IMG/VR virus record: IMGVR_UViG_3300027899_000800
Span: 1,796 to 65,795 of that record
Length of the DNA: 64,000 nt
Strand: one strand, 5' to 3'
DNA from: a virus
Taxonomy: Duplodnaviria > Caudoviricetes
The notes beneath the pieces are model-generated. The model was not told where the DNA came from, did no database searches, and saw only the letters and a program-made list of their open reading frames with translations. This document shows positions 28,746-36,120 of the stretch, in pieces; the first letter of the stretch is position 1, and the number at the start of each line of letters is the position of its first letter. The position numbers and the translations under genes were made by a program.

Positions 28746-30408
28746 AATAATAGAATATAACCAAGACGCAAGACAAAAATTAGCTGATGGAGCTAAAAAA
28801 TTATCCGACGCTGTTTCATCAACATTAGGTCCATTTGGTCGTAATGTTATTATTGAGAAAACAAATGAGTTACCTCAATCAACTAAGGATGGAGTTACTG
28901 TAGCTAAATCAATTACTTTAAAAGATCCAATTGAAAATATTGGCGCTGAAATTGTTAAACAAGCAGCTATTAAAGCAGCGAATACAGCTGGTGATGGTAC
29001 AACAACTACTACTTTATTAGCTTATAATTTAATAAATGAAGGTTTAAGTAGTGTTAGAGCAGGTTCAAACGCTGTTGAAATTAAAAAAGGTATTGATGCT
29101 GCTGTTAAACAAGTAGTTAGTGCTTTAAAAGAAAATAGTAAAGATATCTCATCTGAAGACCAATTAAAACAAGTAGCTACAATCTCAGCTAATAATGATG
29201 AATCAACAGGTGAATTAATAGCTACTGCTATTGAGAAAGTAGGTAGAGAAGGAGTTGTTGCTATTGAGGAAAGTAAAACAGGTGAAACATCACTTGAAGT
29301 AGTTGAAGGTATACAATTTGATAAAGGTTATAAATCACCTTATTTTGTTACTAACAATAATACAATGCAATCTGTATTAGAAGATCCATTTATATTAATT
29401 TATGATGGTCGTATAACAACAGCAGCTGAGTTATTAAATGTACTTCAAAAAGTAAATAGTGAAAATAAATCATTACTTATTGTAGCAGATGATATTGATG
29501 GTGAAGCATTAGCAACTCTTATTGTTAATAAAATGAGAGGTATTGTTAAAGTATGTGCTGTTAAAGCACCTGACTTTGGTGAACGTAAAACATTGTTATT
29601 AGAAGATTTAGCCATCATAACAGGTGGTCAAGTTATATCTAAAGATAAAGGTTTAAAACTAGATAAAATGACTGTAGCTCAGTTATCATCTTATTTAGGT
29701 ATAGCTAGAACAGCAACCATAAGTAAAGAAAAAACAACTATTGTTGATGGTAAAGGAACTGAAGAAGATATATTAACAAGAGCAGAGGAAATTAAAGTAC
29801 AAATTGATAATGCTCAATCATTCTTTGAAAAAGAAAAATTACAAGAACGTTTAGGTAAATTAATTGGTGGAGTAGCTATTATCAATGTAGGTGGCAATAA
29901 TGATATTGAATTAAAAGAATATAAAGATAGAGTTGAAGATGCTTTATTCGCTACACGTGCCGCTGTTGAGGAAGGAATACTACCAGGTGGAGGTGCTGCT
30001 TTATTATATGCTAGAGAAGGTATTAGTTACACTAAAACAGATAGTGATGATTTTAATACTGGTAAAAAAATAGTATATAAAGCATTATCTGCTCCGTTTA
30101 TAAAAATATTATTAAACGCAGGTTATGATAATCCAAGTTGGTATATATATGAATTAGGTAGGACATCATTAGATTTAAATACTGACATATATGATAATAC
30201 GTGGTTAGGATATGATTTAAAGTCTGAAACAATTATTAATATGCTTGATGCTGGTATATTAGATCCAACTAAAGTAGTTCGTTTAGCGGTTGAAAACGCG
30301 GCTGCAGTAGCAGGTACTATATTAACAACTGAAACTGTGATATATGAAGAACCAACCAAAGAAAAGAAAGAAGAGGATGGGATGGGTAATATGATGGGAA
30401 TGATGTAA
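28738..30408 (+). CDS. groEL: chaperonin GroEL
   Basis: TLGPFGRNV, TKDGVTVAK, AGDGTTT, KAPDFG, GILDPTKVVR, GM-rich tail. Confidence 0.97.
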   Translation: MSKIIEYNQDARQKLADGAKKLSDAVSSTLGPFGRNVIIEKTNELPQSTKDGVTVAKSITLKDPIENIGAEIVKQAAIKAANTAGDGTTTTTLLAYNLINEGLSSVRAGSNAVEIKKGIDAAVKQVVSALKENSKDISSEDQLKQVATISANNDESTGELIATAIEKVGREGVVAIEESKTGETSLEVVEGIQFDKGYKSPYFVTNNNTMQSVLEDPFILIYDGRITTAAELLNVLQKVNSENKSLLIVADDIDGEALATLIVNKMRGIVKVCAVKAPDFGERKTLLLEDLAIITGGQVISKDKGLKLDKMTVAQLSSYLGIARTATISKEKTTIVDGKGTEEDILTRAEEIKVQIDNAQSFFEKEKLQERLGKLIGGVAIINVGGNNDIELKEYKDRVEDALFATRAAVEEGILPGGGAALLYAREGISYTKTDSDDFNTGKKIVYKALSAPFIKILLNAGYDNPSWYIYELGRTSLDLNTDIYDNTWLGYDLKSETIINMLDAGILDPTKVVRLAVENAAAVAGTILTTETVIYEEPTKEKKEEDGMGNMMGMM

Positions 30409-30409
30409 T

Positions 30410-30438
30410 AAAAAAAGGATCAGTGAAAACTGATCCTT
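30410..30438. terminator. terminator between groEL and the convergent small gene
   Basis: AAGGATCAGT-GAAA-ACTGATCCTT perfect 10-bp stem; the upstream A-run gives a U-tail on the minus strand. Confidence 0.8.
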
Positions 30439-30462
30439 AATCATTTTTATAAAATGATTTAC

Positions 30463-30627
30463 TTAAGCTTTCTTTTTAGAAGCTACAGACCATACAGCGC
30501 CAACTAGTGTCATAACTCCACCAAGAATTTCTTGGAATAATACGTCACTAACAAGTCCTTTCGCGATGATAATACCACCGATAAAGGTTAAGGCGTGTCT
30601 GATAAGACCTAAAGTTTGCTCTTTCAT
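30463..30627 (-). CDS. 54 aa two-TM putative holin-like protein (MKEQTLGLIRHALTFIGG...GAVWSVASKKKA), not in the ORF track
   Basis: G.IRH.LT..GG...G..WS pattern of small phage holin-like proteins; own upstream ATATTTAT motif and downstream terminator. Confidence 0.75.
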   Translation of the reverse strand: MKEQTLGLIRHALTFIGGIIIAKGLVSDVLFQEILGGVMTLVGAVWSVASKKKA

Positions 30628-30698
30628 GTTTTTTAAATTTTAGTTAACAATAAGTGTGTTTGTTTACACTGATATAAATATTGTGAGAAAACAACTTA

Positions 30699-30725
30699 TT
30701 GACCTAGAAATAAAACTTATATTTA
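30699..30725 (+). promoter_or_regulatory. phage promoter TTGACC-N13-TATATTTA
   Basis: Recurrent motif upstream of the RNA-gene cluster. Confidence 0.6.
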
Positions 30726-30742
30726 ATTATAAATAAAATATT

Positions 30743-30967
30743 ATGGTTTGGTATATTTACATTGTTAGTATTGTATATTGTATATGGAGAATGGCTAAAG
30801 GATACAAAAAATCATTTGGCGAAGGAAATCCAATAGGTCCAACACCAGGACTAGAAACAATATTTATCTTTATTTTTGCTCCTGTATTAGCTCCGGTAGA
30901 TATTGTTCTAACTTGGATTAGAAGAATTAAGGAAAGTAATGAGGATAGAAGAAATAAAATATTTTAA
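30743..30967 (+). CDS. small membrane protein
   Basis: Two hydrophobic segments, follows a promoter. Confidence 0.65.
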   Translation: MVWYIYIVSIVYCIWRMAKGYKKSFGEGNPIGPTPGLETIFIFIFAPVLAPVDIVLTWIRRIKESNEDRRNKIF

Positions 30968-30971
30968 TAAT

Positions 30972-31128
30972 TGTCAGGTGGTGAAAGGATGTATACATCG
31001 GTAGACACACCCACTCGTCTCGTGGGCGCAGAATTTGAAATAGGTAGATGGATATGGGTTGACCACAAAGCCGGCTATTTTGTTCACTACTGAATCACTG
31101 CGTGGAGGTTCGACTCCTTCCCTGACAG
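30972..31128 (+). ncRNA. 157-nt tRNA-like RNA with an expanded D-loop and a ~76-nt variable region (pseudo-anticodon GTC)
   Basis: Acceptor TGTCAGG/CCTGACA; T-arm GGAGG-TTCGACT-CCTTC; CCCAC-TCGTCTC-GTGGG stem-loop; CGCAG/CTGCG closes the insert. Confidence 0.7.
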
Positions 31129-31188
31129 CAACCCGTCGGAAGCTCATCATGGCCTGAGTGAGATGAAAACGCGGATATCGGGCCTTAT

Positions 31189-31272
31189 GCCTGGATGTTG
31201 GAATGGTATACAAGTTTGACTTAAAATCAAATGAGCTGAAAGCTCGTGTGGGTTCGAGTCCCACTCCAGGTA
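31189..31272 (+). tRNA. tRNA-Leu(UAA)
   Basis: Acceptor GCCTGGA/TCCAGGT, anticodon arm TTTGA-CTTAAAA-TCAAA, long variable arm GAGC-TGAAA-GCTC, T-arm GTGGG-TTCGAGT-CCCAC. Confidence 0.95.
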
Positions 31273-31319
31273 CATATGAAAGATTAGTAGTCTTTAGTAT
31301 CTATCAAATATTTATTGAT

Positions 31320-31736
31320 ATGAATAAAGATATAACTAAACAACAGTTCATTGAAATATGTAATAGAAATTTAACTATGGCTAAAGCAGCTGCTGAGTTA
31401 GGATTACATTTCAATACATTCAAAAAATATGCTATTGAATATAAATGTTATAAACCTAATCAGTCAGGTAAAGGAATAAAGAAAAACATTCCTGAGAGAA
31501 TTTCTAATCTTAATGATTACTCTTCACGATCTAGTGTTCGTAAAGTAGTAATAAATAAGAATCTTATTCCATATGAGTGTAATAATTGTGGAATCACAGA
31601 ATGGGAAGGTCAGAAATTATCTTTACATTTAGATCATATTGATGGTAACAATTGGAATCATGATTTATCTAATTTAAGATTTCTTTGTCCTAATTGCCAT
31701 TCACTGACTGAAACATATACTGGGAGAAATAAATAA
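31320..31736 (+). CDS. free-standing HNH homing endonuclease with N-terminal HTH (true start 31320)
   Basis: CNNC...LHLDHIDGNNWNHDLSNLRFLCPNCHS; inserted between tRNA-Leu and tmRNA. Confidence 0.88.
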   Translation: MNKDITKQQFIEICNRNLTMAKAAAELGLHFNTFKKYAIEYKCYKPNQSGKGIKKNIPERISNLNDYSSRSSVRKVVINKNLIPYECNNCGITEWEGQKLSLHLDHIDGNNWNHDLSNLRFLCPNCHSLTETYTGRNK

Positions 31737-31766
31737 TATATTTATATATGTAGTTCTTTAATTTAC

Positions 31767-32170
31767 GGGGGTAACTGGAATCGATTCATAATCGGAGGGT
31801 AGTATCACATGCAGAGGGAAGGCGTTTAAACCTCTTTAATATCCATGCTAAACAATAACTGACGAAATGTCAACAATGACCTTCGATGACTTGATGTCAT
31901 TCGTAGGCGCCGACTACGCTTTAGCAGCCTAGTCCGCATCGGGTGGTAGAGAACCTAGGAACAGAACACAACAGCGAGTCGTACGCTAAAGAGACGGCAT
32001 CCGGACGCATATTGCGAGCCGTAGTTTTCTCTGTAGTCATAAAACAGAGTGGTGGATTCGGACCATAATCGGTCAGCCCTTACTGATCAAAAGTAATTTA
32101 GATCTAAGCATGTGAGACGTTGGTATTATTGTTCATTATGAAGACGTGGGTTCGAATCCCACTACCTCCA
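31767..32170 (+). ncRNA. ssrA: tmRNA
   Basis: 5' GGGGGTA pairs with 3' TACCTCC(A), including a G3-U70 Ala wobble; T-arm GTGGG-TTCGAAT-CCCAC; tag frame 31861-31932 after ATAACT ends in YALAA*. Confidence 0.93.
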
Positions 32171-32185
32171 CTAAAACACTAAATT

Positions 32186-32482
32186 ATGAAAAATTTAATT
32201 TTAATTCTGTTATTAACTTTAGCATCATGTGAAACAGCTTACAAAACTACAACTACCTATACTACAGATAGTTTAGGAAATAAGGTAAAGACTATAAAAA
32301 AGGAATATAAGGAACATACTAATAATTCTTATATAGAAATAACTCCTTATGCTCCTTACAGGTACACAGATCCATTTTATAATCCATTTTATAGGCCATA
32401 TTATAGACCGTTTTATTATAGACCATATTATAGACCCTATTACGGGCCACATTATGTTCCTAAAACTAATCCAAGACATTAA
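32186..32482 (+). CDS. lipoprotein with Tyr/Pro-rich YYRP repeats
   Basis: Lipobox LASC; repeated (F/Y)YRP units. Confidence 0.7.
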   Translation: MKNLILILLLTLASCETAYKTTTTYTTDSLGNKVKTIKKEYKEHTNNSYIEITPYAPYRYTDPFYNPFYRPYYRPFYYRPYYRPYYGPHYVPKTNPRH

Positions 32483-32504
32483 TATTATCAATTAAATTAT
32501 ATTT

Positions 32505-32594
32505 ATGACTACAACTGATATAGCAGCTATAGCAACCGTGTTAGTATGGGCTATAGTTTTTTCTATAGGTTTTTACTTATCAAAAAGAAAGTAA
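32505..32594 (+). CDS. 29 aa single-TM peptide (MTTTDIAAIATVLVWAIVFSIGFYLSKRK), not in the ORF track
   Basis: tatatttATG leader; hydrophobic helix plus basic tail. Confidence 0.5.
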   Translation: MTTTDIAAIATVLVWAIVFSIGFYLSKRK

Positions 32595-32651
32595 CAGTAC
32601 TTAGCACAGTTCTCAGAAGTTTTACTGTCCCAGGCTAAGTCTTTTATCTAT

Positions 32652-32678
32652 GGCGACCAGTAATGGTTGCCTTTTTTT
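32652..32678 (+). terminator. intrinsic terminator
   Basis: GGCGACCA-GTAA-TGGTTGCC followed by T7. Confidence 0.85.
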
Positions 32679-32709
32679 ATCGTTTTAATATTTATATGTG
32701 TGATAAATT

Positions 32710-32741
32710 AGGTTGTATATTAATATATACAGCCTTTTTTT
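32710..32741 (+). terminator. terminator-like hairpin
   Basis: AGGTTGTATAT-TAAT-ATATACAGCCT followed by a T-run. Confidence 0.7.
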
Positions 32742-32761
32742 ATTAAATAAAAATTAAAAGT

Positions 32762-33001
32762 ATGAAAAAATTCTTCTCTCAGTTGTTTAATGACAACAAC
32801 TCAATCAATGAAAAAGCGGTTATTGGATTTTTAGCATTTATGATGATGTGTGTTTTTGCAATTGCTGATATTGTTACAGGTGCATTAGGTAAGGAATTAG
32901 TAATTCAAGAATTTATTTTTGACGCATTTAAAATATTAACAATAGCTTGCTTTGGTATAGCTTCTGTTGACAAATTTATAAATAAAAAAGACAATAACTA
33001 A
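32762..33001 (+). CDS. small 2-TM membrane protein (holin-like)
   Basis: Two hydrophobic helices, charged C-terminus. Confidence 0.65.
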   Translation: MKKFFSQLFNDNNSINEKAVIGFLAFMMMCVFAIADIVTGALGKELVIQEFIFDAFKILTIACFGIASVDKFINKKDNN

Positions 33002-33013
33002 AAAATAAAAATT

Positions 33014-33283
33014 ATGGAAAAGATCCCAACTAAAAAAGCAGCATCTTTAATTAGCGCCTTGAAAGGTAAAAAACCAGTTGTTATTATTATTTGTGTAGTA
33101 ATATTCATTGCAGGTATATTCGCCGCTAAAAAAGGATATATCTCTGAAGATTTACTAGACATTAACACAATTGTAGGATTTGTTGATAATGCATTTGCAA
33201 GTGACTCAGCTCAAGTTGTAGTTGATACTGCTACTCATGTAGTGGATAGTGTCAGTAATGTAGTAGATAGCTTATCTAAATAA
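33014..33283 (+). CDS. membrane-anchored hypothetical protein
   Basis: One TM; VVDS/VVDT repeats in the tail. Confidence 0.65.
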   Translation: MEKIPTKKAASLISALKGKKPVVIIICVVIFIAGIFAAKKGYISEDLLDINTIVGFVDNAFASDSAQVVVDTATHVVDSVSNVVDSLSK

Positions 33284-33306
33284 TTAAAGTTAAATTATAA
33301 CACCCT

Positions 33307-33624
33307 ATGACACCTAAACAGTTAAATGATTCAACTGGCGTTAGTCTTAATATTAAATGGTTAATTCAAATAGTTGTTGTTGTTGCTATGGCAGTATGGG
33401 GATATTCTGAAATTAGCAGTAGATTATCTAATTTAGAACATAATTATGATATGTTAAAAGATAAATTAGATAGAACCAATGCAGCTATAGAAGAAAGTGC
33501 TAACGGACATAATGCATGGCCAATGGATGTTGAGCAATCAACCAAAATTCAAAAATTAGAAGATGGTTTAAAACGTATGGAAGATTTTTATCTTCAAAAT
33601 CAAATAATAAAAAATAAAAATTAA
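33307..33624 (+). CDS. TM plus coiled-coil protein
   Basis: TM at about aa 15-33 followed by heptads. Confidence 0.65.
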   Translation: MTPKQLNDSTGVSLNIKWLIQIVVVVAMAVWGYSEISSRLSNLEHNYDMLKDKLDRTNAAIEESANGHNAWPMDVEQSTKIQKLEDGLKRMEDFYLQNQIIKNKN

Positions 33625-33632
33625 AATAGCAT

Positions 33633-34223
33633 ATGAAAAAATTCTTGTTATTAATAATTATATTTCTTTCAGTTTCAGCATTTTCTCAAAAAGACATAAA
33701 AATAAAAAATAATGTATTTGAAGTTATATACTCAGAAAGTCTTGAACAACCAACTTGGTTAAAATATCGTTCAACTAATAGGCCAACTAATGTTAATAGA
33801 GGGTCTATGGATTTTTATACTGAAAAAAATATCAAAACATCTGACGCTGCTGATTACACTCATAACATTTATGATAAAGGACATTTAGCCCCAGCAGCTT
33901 CGTTTTCAGATAATATGGAAAATTTAAAACAAACATTTTCATATTTAAATTGCATGTTGCAAGATCAATATTTAAATAGAGGAGAATGGAGATTTTTAGA
34001 AGAACAAGAAAGAAAATGGGATGATATTGAACCATTAACTGTTATTATTAAAGTATTTTTTAATAAACCAGCTAAACGTGTCCTAACAAATGCTGCTATT
34101 CCATCACATATAGAGAAACATATTTATTTTGAGAAATCTAAAAAATGGAAGTGTTATGATTTTATAAATGAAAAACCTAAACACGATTGGATTAAATCAG
34201 AAATTGTTTGCAACAAACATTAA
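33633..34223 (+). CDS. secreted DNA/RNA non-specific endonuclease
   Basis: Signal peptide; YDKGHLAPAA, TF.YLN..LQ...LNRG.W..LE. Confidence 0.9.
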   Translation: MKKFLLLIIIFLSVSAFSQKDIKIKNNVFEVIYSESLEQPTWLKYRSTNRPTNVNRGSMDFYTEKNIKTSDAADYTHNIYDKGHLAPAASFSDNMENLKQTFSYLNCMLQDQYLNRGEWRFLEEQERKWDDIEPLTVIIKVFFNKPAKRVLTNAAIPSHIEKHIYFEKSKKWKCYDFINEKPKHDWIKSEIVCNKH

Positions 34224-34255
34224 TTTGGTTTGACCCGGATAAGATGTTATATTTA
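34224..34255 (+). promoter_or_regulatory. promoter TTTG-N20-TATATTTA containing TTGACC
   Basis: TTTG at 34224-34227, TATATTTA at 34248-34255. Confidence 0.6.
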
Positions 34256-34281
34256 TTATAATAAAAAAATAAATTATATTT

Positions 34282-34518
34282 ATGAAAAAAATCGCGATTA
34301 TGTTTACTGCAGCTATTATGTTTGCTGCTTGTAATGGTGGATCAAATGGATCTACAACCACTGACAGTGTAGCTGTTGATAGCGTTAATGTTGTTGACTC
34401 GTCAATTATTGTAACTGACTCAACTACATCTCAAATCCCAGCTGACTCAACTGCTCCTAAGCCATCAGGTCATGGAGGTGGTGGTGGTAATGGATCACAA
34501 ATTATTCATGTTAAGTAA
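34282..34518 (+). CDS. Bacteroidota-style small lipoprotein
   Basis: MKK...FAAC lipobox, D/S/T-rich low-complexity body. Confidence 0.75.
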   Translation: MKKIAIMFTAAIMFAACNGGSNGSTTTDSVAVDSVNVVDSSIIVTDSTTSQIPADSTAPKPSGHGGGGGNGSQIIHVK

Positions 34519-34523
34519 TTTAA

Positions 34524-34551
34524 GGGGGCTCATTTAGAGCCCCCACTTTTT
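34524..34551 (+). terminator. intrinsic terminator
   Basis: GGGGGCTC-ATTTA-GAGCCCCC then ACTTTTT. Confidence 0.85.
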
Positions 34552-34557
34552 AAATTT

Positions 34558-34926
34558 ATGGTTATGTGGAGAATAAGACAATTTAAAAGAAGACTAACTA
34601 ATTTATTTCGCTGGCTTCCAATTATATGGAAAGATGAACAGTGGGATCATCATTATATCTTTGAGATACTCAAGTATAAACTTATATTCATGTCTAAGAG
34701 CATTCGTGAAAAAGGTAATCATACTCTAGCCGAATATGATGCTAATAGAATGATGTTGGCTGTTAGGTTAATAGATAAAGTTCAAAATGAAGATTATCTA
34801 ATGGAATTTATAAACGATGATAATATTACTAGAGAAAAAATTGAATTAGGAGAATTAAAGCATAATAAAGCAAAACGTATTTTATTTAAATTACTTGAAA
34901 ATTATATAGAAAGATGGTGGGATTAA
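34558..34926 (+). CDS. conserved phage hypothetical protein
   Basis: W.P.IWKD..WD...I..IL..KL and a C-terminal WWD. Confidence 0.7.
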   Translation: MVMWRIRQFKRRLTNLFRWLPIIWKDEQWDHHYIFEILKYKLIFMSKSIREKGNHTLAEYDANRMMLAVRLIDKVQNEDYLMEFINDDNITREKIELGELKHNKAKRILFKLLENYIERWWD

Positions 34927-35072
34927 TTATATTAGCAATAGCTATATTAGGATCTCTATCCTGGCTTTGGGCTGGTGGTATTGAATATATGCATAAGAAT
35001 CACAAGGATTATAAAGGTGAAGATTTTTTGAATTGGAAAGCAGATGAGGAGGATAAGAATCAAATATCTTGA
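34914..35072 (+). CDS. 52 aa TM peptide (MVGLIILAIA...GIEYMHKNHKDYKGEDF), not in the ORF track
   Basis: Overlaps the upstream stop and fills the gap. Confidence 0.55.
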   Translation: MVGLIILAIAILGSLSWLWAGGIEYMHKNHKDYKGEDFLNWKADEEDKNQIS

Positions 35073-35099
35073 CCTTGATATATTTTTTAAATTAAGGTT

Positions 35100-35300
35100 A
35101 TGAGAACAGAAGCAGAACGTTTAGCAAGTTATAGAGCAGCATTTTTAGAAAAAGTTAAGAAATGGAATTGGACTGACTATGATGATAAACCTAGGAAGCC
35201 TAGAGGTAGAAAAGCTAAAGTACAAGAAAAACCATCCGCTAAACCTAGAACTAAAGGTGAACAAGAAGTAGCAAATAAGTTTTTCACTTATAATAAATAA
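35100..35300 (+). CDS. basic hypothetical protein
   Basis: 66 aa, RKPRGRK, preceded by a TTGACC promoter motif at 35069. Confidence 0.65.
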   Translation: MRTEAERLASYRAAFLEKVKKWNWTDYDDKPRKPRGRKAKVQEKPSAKPRTKGEQEVANKFFTYNK

Positions 35301-35304
35301 AGGT

Positions 35305-36108
35305 ATGAATATAGTTTATGATATTGATTCAGAAACAGGTAAATTAAAACTTAAGTTTAAACAAAATGTTCTTGATGGGTTAGATAAGGATTCTAAAGAA
35401 GCATTTAATAAGTATATTTTACCTATGTTAACAATGAATAATAAATTTGTTTTAACAGGTAGTTTATCTCTTAGATTATTAGGTCTTGAACCTATGAGTC
35501 CTATAGGTGATTTTGATTTTGGTTTAAGAGAAGAATTTACTGAAGAAGATTATAATAATATAAAAAATTTCTTTGATTTAAATGATAGTAAAGATGGATA
35601 TGGATGGGATGGAGCTGGTGAAAAAATAAAAACACCATATAAATTTAATCCTAAAGAACATATGTGGCAGTTTTCAAAAACATGGAAAGAATCTCAAAAC
35701 GATGTTTTAGGTGTTGATCTAGATTTACATAAATATTTCAAAATGGATATCTTTAATGATGAAATACTTAGAAAAAAAGATATCATAACTGTATATTATG
35801 ATGATTTTGAACTTCGTCTTATACATCCTAGTATTACTTATAGTTACAGAATGAGATATGCTTTAGACCCTAGATCATCAACTGCTTTTAAGTATTGGGA
35901 ACGTATGATGAGCTTTATAAAAGATGCTAAACCTTATTATAACACAATCAGAGCTTTATACAATATGATAGCTCGTGTTAATGAACACAATATTAATATT
36001 GAAGGTGATAAAAATAGAATTGATTATATTAGAGGATTAGTTATAAAAAGAGAATACAATATAGATGAGTTCTTTAAAAAAGTTTGGGAAGAACCTAAAT
36101 TAGTATAA
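35305..36108 (+). CDS. putative nucleotidyltransferase (Pol-beta superfamily-like)
   Basis: FVLTGSLSL.L.G...PIGDFDF (GS plus DxD) and a later MDIF. Confidence 0.55.
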   Translation: MNIVYDIDSETGKLKLKFKQNVLDGLDKDSKEAFNKYILPMLTMNNKFVLTGSLSLRLLGLEPMSPIGDFDFGLREEFTEEDYNNIKNFFDLNDSKDGYGWDGAGEKIKTPYKFNPKEHMWQFSKTWKESQNDVLGVDLDLHKYFKMDIFNDEILRKKDIITVYYDDFELRLIHPSITYSYRMRYALDPRSSTAFKYWERMMSFIKDAKPYYNTIRALYNMIARVNEHNINIEGDKNRIDYIRGLVIKREYNIDEFFKKVWEEPKLV

Positions 36109-36120
36109 TATATTCATAAT

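Noticed and set aside
31150-31172. Possible hammerhead ribozyme core (CTGAGTGAGATGAAA)
   Set aside because: It does not fit CUGANGA with a proper stem II before GAAA; kept only as an unassigned structured spacer
30974-31264. 96 aa minus-strand ORF (MGLEPTRAFSS...)
   Set aside because: It is the antisense shadow of the tRNA-Leu and tRNA-like genes; GLEPT and GVEPP are typical translations of reversed T-arms
31203-31319. N-terminal extension of the HNH ORF in the track
   Set aside because: It overlaps tRNA-Leu; the ATG at 31320 after ATATTTAT is the plausible start
32370-32450. Short repeats resembling a CRISPR array or DGR region
   Set aside because: They are in-frame codon repeats for (F/Y)YRP within a lipoprotein; there are no unique spacers and no reverse transcriptase in the window
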